Assembly: GCA_044869275.1 (NCBI GenBank)
Contig: JBIOXB010000063.1
Location: 1-64,000 of the forward strand
Reading direction: 5' to 3'
Source: a bacterium
Lineage (GTDB): Bacteria > Zhuqueibacterota > Zhuqueibacteria > Zhuqueibacterales > Zhuqueibacteraceae
Length of the DNA: 64,000 nt
This document shows, one piece after another, positions 39,033 through 46,896 of the stretch (positions are counted from its first letter, which is position 1; each line of letters begins with the position of its first letter). Made by a program: the position numbers and the translations under genes. A model generated the notes under the pieces. That model did not search any database. It saw only the letters and a program-made list of their open reading frames with translations, and had not been told where the DNA came from.

Positions 39033-39947
39033 ATGAGTTTGCTCGTGGTTGGGTCAATCGGATTGGATACCATTCAAACCCCGTTCGGCCATATTGATGA
39101 CGCCGTCGGCGGCACCGCCGTTTTTTGCGGCGTGGCGGCCAGTTACTTTACGGGCGTGAATTTGGTGGGCGTGGTGGGCGAAGATTTCCCCGAAGCCGAA
39201 CTGGATTTTTTGCGCCGGCGCGGCATCGCGCTCGACGGCCTGGAAATCAAACCCGGCAAGAGCTTTCGCTGGGGCGCGAAGTATCATCTCGATTTGAATA
39301 CACGTGAGACCCTGTTCACACACTTGAACGTGTTCGAATCCTTCCAGCCGAAAATTCCGGAAAAATATCGCGACACGCCGTTCGTTTTCCTCGGCAACAT
39401 CGGGCCGGATTTGCAGTTGGAGGTTTTGAACCAGGTGAAAAATCCGAAATTCGTCGCGCTCGACACCATGAACTATTGGATCGAAGGCGCGCCCGAAGCG
39501 CTGGCGCGGGTGTTGAAACGCATCGAGGTGCTGCTGGTGAATGATTCGGAGGCGCGCCTGCTCGCGCGCGAGCCCAATCTCGTCAAAGCCGCGCGCCAGA
39601 TTCGCGATCTCGGCCCCAAGATCATCATCATCAAAAAAGGCGAGCACGGCGCCGTCATGGTGAGCGACGACAACTACTTTTGGGCGCCGGCTTTTCCGCT
39701 GGAAAATGCTTTTGACCCTACGGGCGCGGGCGATACGTTCGCCGGCGGATTCATGGGGTACATCACCAAGGCGGGAAAATACAACGACGAAACCTTGCGG
39801 CAAGCCGTGGTGTACGGCAGCACCTTCGCCAGTTTTTGCGTGGAAAAATTCAGCCTCGAGCGCATTCGCGATTTGAGCTGGGAGGAAATCCACCGGCGCT
39901 TCGCCGAATTTCAAGCCATGACGGGCTTTACCAGGCCCTGGGAGTGA
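39033..39947 (+). CDS. PfkB family carbohydrate/nucleoside kinase
   Basis: VVGSIGLD, KKGEHG and DPTGAGDTFAGG signature. Confidence 0.92.
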   Translation: MSLLVVGSIGLDTIQTPFGHIDDAVGGTAVFCGVAASYFTGVNLVGVVGEDFPEAELDFLRRRGIALDGLEIKPGKSFRWGAKYHLDLNTRETLFTHLNVFESFQPKIPEKYRDTPFVFLGNIGPDLQLEVLNQVKNPKFVALDTMNYWIEGAPEALARVLKRIEVLLVNDSEARLLAREPNLVKAARQIRDLGPKIIIIKKGEHGAVMVSDDNYFWAPAFPLENAFDPTGAGDTFAGGFMGYITKAGKYNDETLRQAVVYGSTFASFCVEKFSLERIRDLSWEEIHRRFAEFQAMTGFTRPWE

Positions 39948-40044
39948 GCGCCCTCTTTCCGTTCGAGATTTTCCAGCTTGACTTTCCCGCCGCGAACAAT
40001 TATTTTCTTTCGCACAACGACGCACCAAATACGAGGGCCCTGCC

Positions 40045-40653
40045 ATGACTTTAATCATTGATATTTCTCCTCCCCCAGCGCCGCCTCTGCCCAAGGGGAA
40101 CAAATGGCCTGCGCAAGGCAAGTGGACATATGAAGATTTCCGCCGCCTGCCGGATGACGGTTTGCGATATGAGATTATCGAGGGGGTATTATATATGTCG
40201 CCCGCGCCGCGAACCAAACATCAAAGATGTGTGCTCAAGCTGGCATACAGATTTGAACAATATAACGAGAAGCACAAAGCCGGGGAAGTCTTCATCTCTC
40301 CCATAGACGTGTACTTTTCCACTTCAACTACCGTCGAACCGGACATTATTTTCATCTTGCAACCGCGCGTATCGATTGTGCAAGAAGAAAAAATCGTGGG
40401 CGCGCCCGACCTCGCGGTCGAAGTGCTTTCACCCTCGACCGCACACGTCGATCGCGGCAAGAAATTTCAGATTTACGCCCAGGCCGGCGTGCGCGAATAT
40501 TGGATCGTCGATACCGAGGCGCGTACGGTCGAGCTTTATGTGCTGCGCGCAGGTGTTTATGTGTTGCTGGGGAAGCACGGCGCGGGTGGGACTGCGCGCT
40601 CGGAGGTTTTGCCCGGTTTTGAGGCAAAAGTAGACGAGATTTGCCCGCCATAG
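40045..40653 (+). CDS. Uma2 family endonuclease
   Basis: RYEIIEG, VEPD, GAPDLAVEVLSPST and GVREYWIVD. Confidence 0.92.
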   Translation: MTLIIDISPPPAPPLPKGNKWPAQGKWTYEDFRRLPDDGLRYEIIEGVLYMSPAPRTKHQRCVLKLAYRFEQYNEKHKAGEVFISPIDVYFSTSTTVEPDIIFILQPRVSIVQEEKIVGAPDLAVEVLSPSTAHVDRGKKFQIYAQAGVREYWIVDTEARTVELYVLRAGVYVLLGKHGAGGTARSEVLPGFEAKVDEICPP

Positions 40654-40787
40654 ACTACAGTCATTCGATTGGTCGCTGCTGCTTCAACTTCGTACTTTGA
40701 TTTCTTCACTCCTACGCCGCTCTTGCTCCGCCGCCATTCGTGCTTGAAAACTTCGACGATACTCATCCTGTCGAAAGGAGTCCCGCC

Positions 40788-41909
40788 ATGACGGCTTTCC
40801 TCAAAACCGCCGAGAGCTATCAGCCCAACGCGCGTACACTGCCGCAGCGCTATTTTGCCACGCCGGAAATCTTTGCACAAGAAAAGGAACATATTTTCAC
40901 GCGGCAATGGCTTTGTGTGGGCCATCAAAATCAAATCGTGGAACCGGGAAGCTTTTTTCTGCAAGAGGTGTTGGGCGAAAGTTTGATCATTCTCCGCGAT
41001 CAAACGGGGACGGTGCGCAGCTTTTACAATCTCTGCCGGCACCGTGGCACACGCTTGTGCGAAAACAGCAGCGGGCGCTTCAGCCAAAGCATGCAATGCC
41101 CATATCATGCCTGGACCTACGGCCTCGACGGCCGCTTGCTCGGCGCGCCGCACATGGATCATATCGCGGGCTTTGACAAGGCGGAACATGGGTTGCAGGC
41201 AGCGCACGTGGCGTTGTGGGAGGGTTTTATTTTCGTCAATCTCGCCCCGCAACCTCAGCCCTTTGCCACCGCATTTGCGCCGGTGCTCGGCAAGTTCGAG
41301 CATTGGAATATTCCTCCACTGCATGCGGCAAAGCGGCTCACATATGACGTGCGCGCAAATTGGAAACTGATTTTTCAGAATTATTCCGAATGCTATCATT
41401 GCCCGCTGGTGCATCCGGCGCTGGCCAAGCTCACGCCTTACGATCAAGGCGAGAACGATTTGGTGGAAGGGCCGTTTTTAGGAGGATTCATGCCCATCCC
41501 CAAAGCCGGCAGCATGACCATGAGCGGCAAGGCTTGCGGCGTGCCGGTGGGCGACATTCGCGACGAGGATGAGCATCGCGTTTATTATTATTCGATCTTC
41601 CCCAACATGTTATTGAGCTTGCATCCAGATTATGTGATGTATCACACGCTCTGGCCGCAGTCGCCCGAACGTGTGCTCATTCATTGCGACTGGCTCTTTC
41701 ATCCCGATTCCTTTGCTGATTCGAATTTCAATCCACACGACGCCATCGAGTTTTGGGACATGACCAACCGCCAGGATTGGCACGTGTGCGAAATGAGCCA
41801 GGCCGGAATTTCTTCGCGCCAATATCGGCCCGGATTTTATTCTCCGCGCGAAAGCATCCCCGCAGCGTTCGACCGGGAGTACTTGAAAGCGCTGCAGTCG
41901 CCGCTTTAG
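40788..41909 (+). CDS. Rieske oxygenase alpha subunit (GbcA/choline monooxygenase-like)
   Basis: Rieske motif NLCRHRG...CPYHAW; mononuclear Fe site ECYHCPLVHP; QD motif. Confidence 0.9.
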   Translation: MTAFLKTAESYQPNARTLPQRYFATPEIFAQEKEHIFTRQWLCVGHQNQIVEPGSFFLQEVLGESLIILRDQTGTVRSFYNLCRHRGTRLCENSSGRFSQSMQCPYHAWTYGLDGRLLGAPHMDHIAGFDKAEHGLQAAHVALWEGFIFVNLAPQPQPFATAFAPVLGKFEHWNIPPLHAAKRLTYDVRANWKLIFQNYSECYHCPLVHPALAKLTPYDQGENDLVEGPFLGGFMPIPKAGSMTMSGKACGVPVGDIRDEDEHRVYYYSIFPNMLLSLHPDYVMYHTLWPQSPERVLIHCDWLFHPDSFADSNFNPHDAIEFWDMTNRQDWHVCEMSQAGISSRQYRPGFYSPRESIPAAFDREYLKALQSPL

Positions 41910-41910
41910 C

Positions 41911-42147
41911 TCAGCTTTCATTCTCCACTTGTTTCAGAATGGCGGCCGCATGCTCGCTTTCCACGCCTTGCTGTTGACTTTGCTGGCGCAGCCAGGCCAT
42001 GAAATGATTTGCCGTTTCCGCCCGTGAGCCGCCCTGGTGGAGATTGTGCTGAATGAATCCCAACACGCACGCATAATCGCGCTCCGCGGTACAGGCCTCG
42101 AACAGCCTCAGGCCTTTAGCGAACAGAGCTTTGTCTTCATGGCTCAT
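41911..42147 (-). CDS. Small hypothetical protein (78 aa)
   Basis: ATG preceded by GAGGA; helical composition. Confidence 0.55.
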   Translation of the reverse strand: MSHEDKALFAKGLRLFEACTAERDYACVLGFIQHNLHQGGSRAETANHFMAWLRQQSQQQGVESEHAAAILKQVENES

Positions 42148-42257
42148 GATGATAGCGTCCTCACTGTGACCTGTTCAGACTGTCTTCGCGACCAAAGAGG
42201 CAATCCAGATGCGCGAAACCGTCCGCGCATTTGTCGATGCCACCAGCTGGTAGGCGT

Positions 42258-42286
42258 GTCGAGACGCTCCGACGGGGCGTCTCTAC
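42258..42286 (-). repeat. GTAG-type REP palindrome
   Basis: Minus strand GTAGAGACGCCCCGTCGGAGCGTCTCGAC; followed by ATCCGTGT-type tandem units up to about 42347. Confidence 0.65.
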
Positions 42287-42346
42287 GCGGATGGCATGGA
42301 TTTCTGCGTTATCCGTGTCAATCCGCCAAATCCGTGTCATCCGTGT

Positions 42347-43807
42347 TCAAGCCGGCAGCGAAATTACAAATTGTGTTCCCTTCCCCACCCCACTGGCGGC
42401 CACGATGCTTCCTTGATGCTCTTCGACAATCCGCTTCACGATCGCCAACCCCAAACCCATGCCTGATTTTTTGGTGGAAAAATATGGCTCAAAGATTTTT
42501 TTCATATTCTCCGGTGGAATGCCCGGACCGGTGTCGGCGACGCTCAATGCAACGGTGTTTTTTGCCGCGCCCGCGTGAGTTCGGATGGTGACTTTCGCAT
42601 GGGGAGAAGACTGCAGGGCATTGGCAATCAAATTGACCAAAACACGGCGCAGCGCTTCAATATCAAAATCAATTTGAGGCAGAGAGGGATCTAGATCAAG
42701 CTCGACGGCGCGCGTGGCATGCAAACGCGCCACTTCTTTGATCAAATCATTGAGCTGGCCGGGCGCGCGATGCAATTCCGGCATGCGCGCGAATTCGGAA
42801 AACTCACGCACCAGGCGGCGCAGCTTTTCAATTTCCTCAGTGATAATGCCGCCGCACTCCGCCAGCATTTTTTGATAGTCTTCGCTCTCTCCGCGATACT
42901 CGTCCTGCATTTGCTGCACCATCAACTGCATCGGCGTGAGCGGGTTTTTGATTTCGTGCGCCAGCACCCGCGCCATCTCGCGCCACGCCGCCAGTTTTTC
43001 CAGGCCGATGAGTTTTTCCTGCTGCTGCTGCAAATCATTCACCATGGCATTGAAGGCTCTGCCCATTTCGCCGACTTCGTCTTGCGCGCGAATAGTGACG
43101 CGCTGCTGCCAGTCACCCAGTGCGAGGCGGCGTGTACCCGCGGCCAATTCCTCCAGCGGGGCGGTGATGCGGCGCGCGAGATACCAGCCGGCGAGGCCCG
43201 CCAGCAAAAGCATGGGCGCGTAAATCGCAAGAAACACCAGCCACAAGCTTTGCTGCCAGCGTCCTTTTTCCAAATCGATCAAATTGAAATATTGGGACGC
43301 GTGCAGAATATTCGCAGTCTGCTGCCGTAATGCCGGAGCCAGCGTACGCTGTCCCACGGCGATTGCTCCGGGCGGCACGGCCTGCATGAGACGAATGGCG
43401 GTGGAATCACTGCCGGCCTCGAGCGCGGTGTCCGCCGGTAGGGTAGCAAGATTAAAAGACAACAAAAAAGAGGGCGAGGCATCTTGCGGCAGAATCCTGC
43501 GAATGCCGCCGGCAGCGTCGAGGATTGCCAGCACGTGGGCGGGTTCACGCCAGGGCAGCGAGTCAACGCGCTGCTCGCGCCACGAAACGGCGAAGGCACG
43601 AAGATCGCGGGCAAGCTGTGCGCGTTCGTGCGCATAATTCCTTTGCGCGGCTTGCACCGCCGCCTCCAATCCGGCCGCGATTTCCGCATTCACGCCGAGG
43701 CTCAACGTTTTGTTCAGCAAGCTTTGAATGAGCAGGGCCATCGCGAGCGCGGGCAGAAGCGTCAAGGTGAGAAATGTGAAAACGAATTTTGCGCGCAGCG
43801 TTCTCAT
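42347..43807 (-). CDS. NtrY-like membrane sensor histidine kinase
   Basis: 2 TM helices, HAMP, AWREMARVLAHEIKNPLTP H-box, NLIANA, DTGPG and GMGLGL. Confidence 0.92.
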   Translation of the reverse strand: MRTLRAKFVFTFLTLTLLPALAMALLIQSLLNKTLSLGVNAEIAAGLEAAVQAAQRNYAHERAQLARDLRAFAVSWREQRVDSLPWREPAHVLAILDAAGGIRRILPQDASPSFLLSFNLATLPADTALEAGSDSTAIRLMQAVPPGAIAVGQRTLAPALRQQTANILHASQYFNLIDLEKGRWQQSLWLVFLAIYAPMLLLAGLAGWYLARRITAPLEELAAGTRRLALGDWQQRVTIRAQDEVGEMGRAFNAMVNDLQQQQEKLIGLEKLAAWREMARVLAHEIKNPLTPMQLMVQQMQDEYRGESEDYQKMLAECGGIITEEIEKLRRLVREFSEFARMPELHRAPGQLNDLIKEVARLHATRAVELDLDPSLPQIDFDIEALRRVLVNLIANALQSSPHAKVTIRTHAGAAKNTVALSVADTGPGIPPENMKKIFEPYFSTKKSGMGLGLAIVKRIVEEHQGSIVAASGVGKGTQFVISLPA

Positions 43808-44448
43808 GGCAGGCCGGCCCCTCGCAACGGCGGCGAAACCGCCCACTCGGAAAGGCCGTGCGCGCGCTGTTCGCCGCCGAAAAAAAAGGAGATCAGATCG
43901 TTCAAATTCAGACTGAACCCGGAACGGCCTGCCTCTGCGGCCGAGGTTCCGCCTTCGAAATCATTTGAAGTGATGCGTTGCAGGAGCTGCCTGCTTTGTT
44001 CCGCGCTGATGGCGACCACTGCGACCCGCAAGCGCAGCCGGTAGACTGTCGCACCGTCGCGCATCATGCCCTGAAAAAACGCCGTCGTTTGAAAATCTCT
44101 CAATATCTTTTCCACCTCGGTAAAGGTCGCGGCGAAACGAACGGTGTCCGGAAACGCCAGGCGATAGCGCTGCGCCCAAATGTCGTATTTCACTTCAACC
44201 GCTTGCAGTGCGCGCGCTTTTTCTTTGCCGTCAACCATCAGACGAAAATCGTGTTGCACAATCGCCGGCAAGCCGCTGCGAATGGTACTTACAATTTTTG
44301 GTGCAAACAAGTTTTCGAGCTGCACGCGTGCCAGGATTTTTTCGCCTTGCGGCATAGCAGTCAGGCCGCGAATCTTAGGCTGTTGCGCGCCCAGCGGCCA
44401 GGCAAGGCAGAAGATCAAGCAGAAAACTGTTGTCAGCGGGCGGCGCAT
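43804..44448 (-). CDS. Exported DUF4390-like protein
   Basis: Signal peptide, IRSGLP, VKYDIWAQRY; ATGA overlap with the kinase gene. Confidence 0.7.
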   Translation of the reverse strand: MRRPLTTVFCLIFCLAWPLGAQQPKIRGLTAMPQGEKILARVQLENLFAPKIVSTIRSGLPAIVQHDFRLMVDGKEKARALQAVEVKYDIWAQRYRLAFPDTVRFAATFTEVEKILRDFQTTAFFQGMMRDGATVYRLRLRVAVVAISAEQSRQLLQRITSNDFEGGTSAAEAGRSGFSLNLNDLISFFFGGEQRAHGLSEWAVSPPLRGAGLP

Positions 44449-44452
44449 GCGT

Positions 44453-45838
44453 TTAGAAAGTATGTCCCAAAGCAATGTGAAAACGGAAATCGTCGCGGTC
44501 AAGCGGGTAGGCGAAATCGCAGCGCAACAATCCGATGACGGGCAGTTTCAAACGGAAACCGTAACCGGCCGACATAAAGAGCTCTTTTCCGGTTTCCGTA
44601 TTTTCGAAATCGTTGATGTGGCCGGCGTCAAAAAACAGCGCCGCGCTCAGGGAAGGATTCTGCGGCGCACCGGCGAGAGGGAAACGCATTTCGATTTGGC
44701 CGAGCGCCATGTCAGTGCCCCAGCCCAGCGGCGTCAAGCTGCGCTCGGCATAGCCGCGCACGGAATAAGCGCCACCGAGGTAAAAACGCTCATAAAACGG
44801 CGCCGTTTCCGAAACGCGGCCGGCTTTGGCACGCACTGCCAGCACGTTTCTACCGAAAGCGCGATAGCCGCGTGCGTCAAAAATGTAGCGGCTGAAATCG
44901 TTGAAATCAGGCCCGGAATTTTTGAAGGTGCTTTCAAATTGCATGGCAGCCCACAATCCGTGGCGCGGAAAGGCGGGGTGGTCGCGGGTATCAAGCTGCA
45001 AGCGCAAAAATGCACTATTGCTTTTTGCGCGCGGCTCGGTCACCAGCGGCGGTGGCAGAGCGGTAATCGTGCTGTCCGTCGCAGCCAAACGCACCTCCGG
45101 CGCAGGCGTCCACGTGTTGAAATTGAGCCCAAGAGAGACATAGCGCGACCAGCCGCGATGGCCGGAGAACGCCAGCAGCAGATTGTCGTTCTGGACTTCC
45201 TGTATCGCTTCTTCGCTGTCTATATAATGAATAAAATTCTGATTGAAGGCTCCCAGCTTCAACTGGAAATCCAGGTTCGATCCGAACAGCTCTTGCTCGC
45301 GATAATGCCAGTAGAAGCCCACGGTGCGGTCGGCGAAGATGAAGCGGCCGCCGCCGATGCCGCCGCCGCCGAAGAGATTGTCGAAGCGCACGCCGATCGG
45401 GATCAAATACCAGCCTTCCAGCTCGCTGAAACCGCCGGCGATTTCCAGCCAGGGCCAGCGGCGCTCCTCGATTTCGATCACCATCACCACCTGGCCCGGC
45501 GCGCTGCCCGGCTTGGAGCTGAATTCGACGCGCTTGAAGAAATTGGTGGCCACGAGCGCGTCGTAATTCTGCGCGATCATTTCCGGCGTGATCGCCGCGC
45601 CTTCTTTCATGTTCAAATAGCGGCGAATCACCTGCGGTTTGGTTTTGGTCGCGCCCTGGATTTCGATGCGCTCGATGATGAGGGCTTGGTGGACCGTTTG
45701 AATGGAGTGGGAGACGGGGAGACTGGGAGAAGGATGCGGCGCAGGCGTTTGCTGCGCGAAAGCCATCAAAGCTGGAATGATGAAGATAGTTATGAATTCC
45801 AGCAAGAAGATGTTTCTTTTTCGTTGCAATAAGTTCAT
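44453..45838 (-). CDS. Omp85/BamA-TamA family outer-membrane protein with one POTRA domain
   Basis: IEIQGATKTKPQVIRR POTRA, FYLGGAYSVRGY motif, C-terminal Phe. Confidence 0.9.
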   Translation of the reverse strand: MNLLQRKRNIFLLEFITIFIIPALMAFAQQTPAPHPSPSLPVSHSIQTVHQALIIERIEIQGATKTKPQVIRRYLNMKEGAAITPEMIAQNYDALVATNFFKRVEFSSKPGSAPGQVVMVIEIEERRWPWLEIAGGFSELEGWYLIPIGVRFDNLFGGGGIGGGRFIFADRTVGFYWHYREQELFGSNLDFQLKLGAFNQNFIHYIDSEEAIQEVQNDNLLLAFSGHRGWSRYVSLGLNFNTWTPAPEVRLAATDSTITALPPPLVTEPRAKSNSAFLRLQLDTRDHPAFPRHGLWAAMQFESTFKNSGPDFNDFSRYIFDARGYRAFGRNVLAVRAKAGRVSETAPFYERFYLGGAYSVRGYAERSLTPLGWGTDMALGQIEMRFPLAGAPQNPSLSAALFFDAGHINDFENTETGKELFMSAGYGFRLKLPVIGLLRCDFAYPLDRDDFRFHIALGHTF

Positions 45839-45965
45839 GAAACAGAATCTAGTGAAAATATACCACACTGTAGCTTCATAGCCGCTGTCGACTGCGCGAA
45901 TTTGACCTCAAATGGCCTATTTTGTTTGTGTTGTTCGGATGACAAAACAGGTTTCATCACATTTT

Positions 45966-45981
45966 TGCTATTTTCATGCCA
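45966..45981 (-). promoter_or_regulatory. Candidate sigma54 promoter for the Omp85-DUF4390-kinase operon
   Basis: Minus strand TGGCATGAAAATAGCA with correctly spaced GG and GC. Confidence 0.55.
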
Positions 45982-45998
45982 AAAAACATGTTGAGACT

Positions 45999-46499
45999 TT
46001 ACTTTTTCATCCGCCTCGTGGTCTTGCGTTTTCTCTCATAGGCTGCCCGAGGATCAGCAACTTTCTGCAGGCTTCCGCTCTCTGCAGAAAGTCTGTAGGT
46101 GCTCAAAGCCTTCTTCCGCGACTTGGCAATGGCTTCTTCCTGTAGAATGTCGTCCAAATACCACCACCAATGGGAGCGGTCGTAACGGCCTTCACGATAA
46201 CGACGAAGCATCCCCTTGCCGGAACCAAGCAGAAGTAATGCTGCCGCTCTGATCTCACGATCAAGTTTTGCCAGGTCCCTCTTTTGAGATTTATCGAGTG
46301 CCTGTGGCGCGTTTTCCAAGATATTTTGCAGCTCACTGCGATGCCAAAGTAACGCATGGACATCGTCAGAAACGTCGAGAATAGCATCCTCTGCTGAAGG
46401 CGGAATCGTTCCCGGTAGGAAGTCAGTCAACCAGGACAGAAGACACGTCGCGCGTTTATGAAGAGCTTGCTTTGAGTTTTTTGGTGAGCGCATATTCAT
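45999..46499 (-). CDS. Hypothetical protein, candidate antitoxin/immunity protein
   Basis: 166 aa; start abuts the upstream stop (TAGATG); HWWWYLD motif and basic tail. Confidence 0.7.
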   Translation of the reverse strand: MNMRSPKNSKQALHKRATCLLSWLTDFLPGTIPPSAEDAILDVSDDVHALLWHRSELQNILENAPQALDKSQKRDLAKLDREIRAAALLLLGSGKGMLRRYREGRYDRSHWWWYLDDILQEEAIAKSRKKALSTYRLSAESGSLQKVADPRAAYERKRKTTRRMKK

Positions 46500-46832
46500 C
46501 TACCATGGTGACCAAATGAGTTCGATCTTTGCTTGCCTTAATAAGTAGTTGAGACCGGCATTTGCGATAAAACCTGTTTTTACGTAGGTTGGGTACGTGT
46601 CCGGACTCCAGGCTACAAAAACATTGTTGCGCGGGTTTAGAAATGCAATTGTTCTCCCCTCAGTTTCATATTGTCCAACGTAGCTGTGCTTGCTGATAGT
46701 CTTTTCCGCCTCTTTCATTGTCACACCATGTCTCTGCAATTTGAGATGAAGAAGATGATGGAATCTTCCCAGAGCAAAGTCGCGCTTGACATTATCGATT
46801 AACTCGTCAATCTGCGCTTCCGTCCACGACAT
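46500..46832 (-). CDS. Hypothetical protein, candidate BrnT/DUF4258-like RNase toxin
   Basis: 110 aa; KLQRHGVTMKEAEKTI helix, beta meander, VKTGF. Confidence 0.65.
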   Translation of the reverse strand: MSWTEAQIDELIDNVKRDFALGRFHHLLHLKLQRHGVTMKEAEKTISKHSYVGQYETEGRTIAFLNPRNNVFVAWSPDTYPTYVKTGFIANAGLNYLLRQAKIELIWSPW

Positions 46833-46896
46833 TTACTTTCTTTCTCCCATTTTCCCTCTCACCCACTCGCCCCGTTCTCCCTGTTATCTCCCTCTC

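Noticed and set aside
44180..45832. 550-aa plus-strand ORF
   Set aside because: Antisense shadow of the Omp85 gene with no recognisable motifs.
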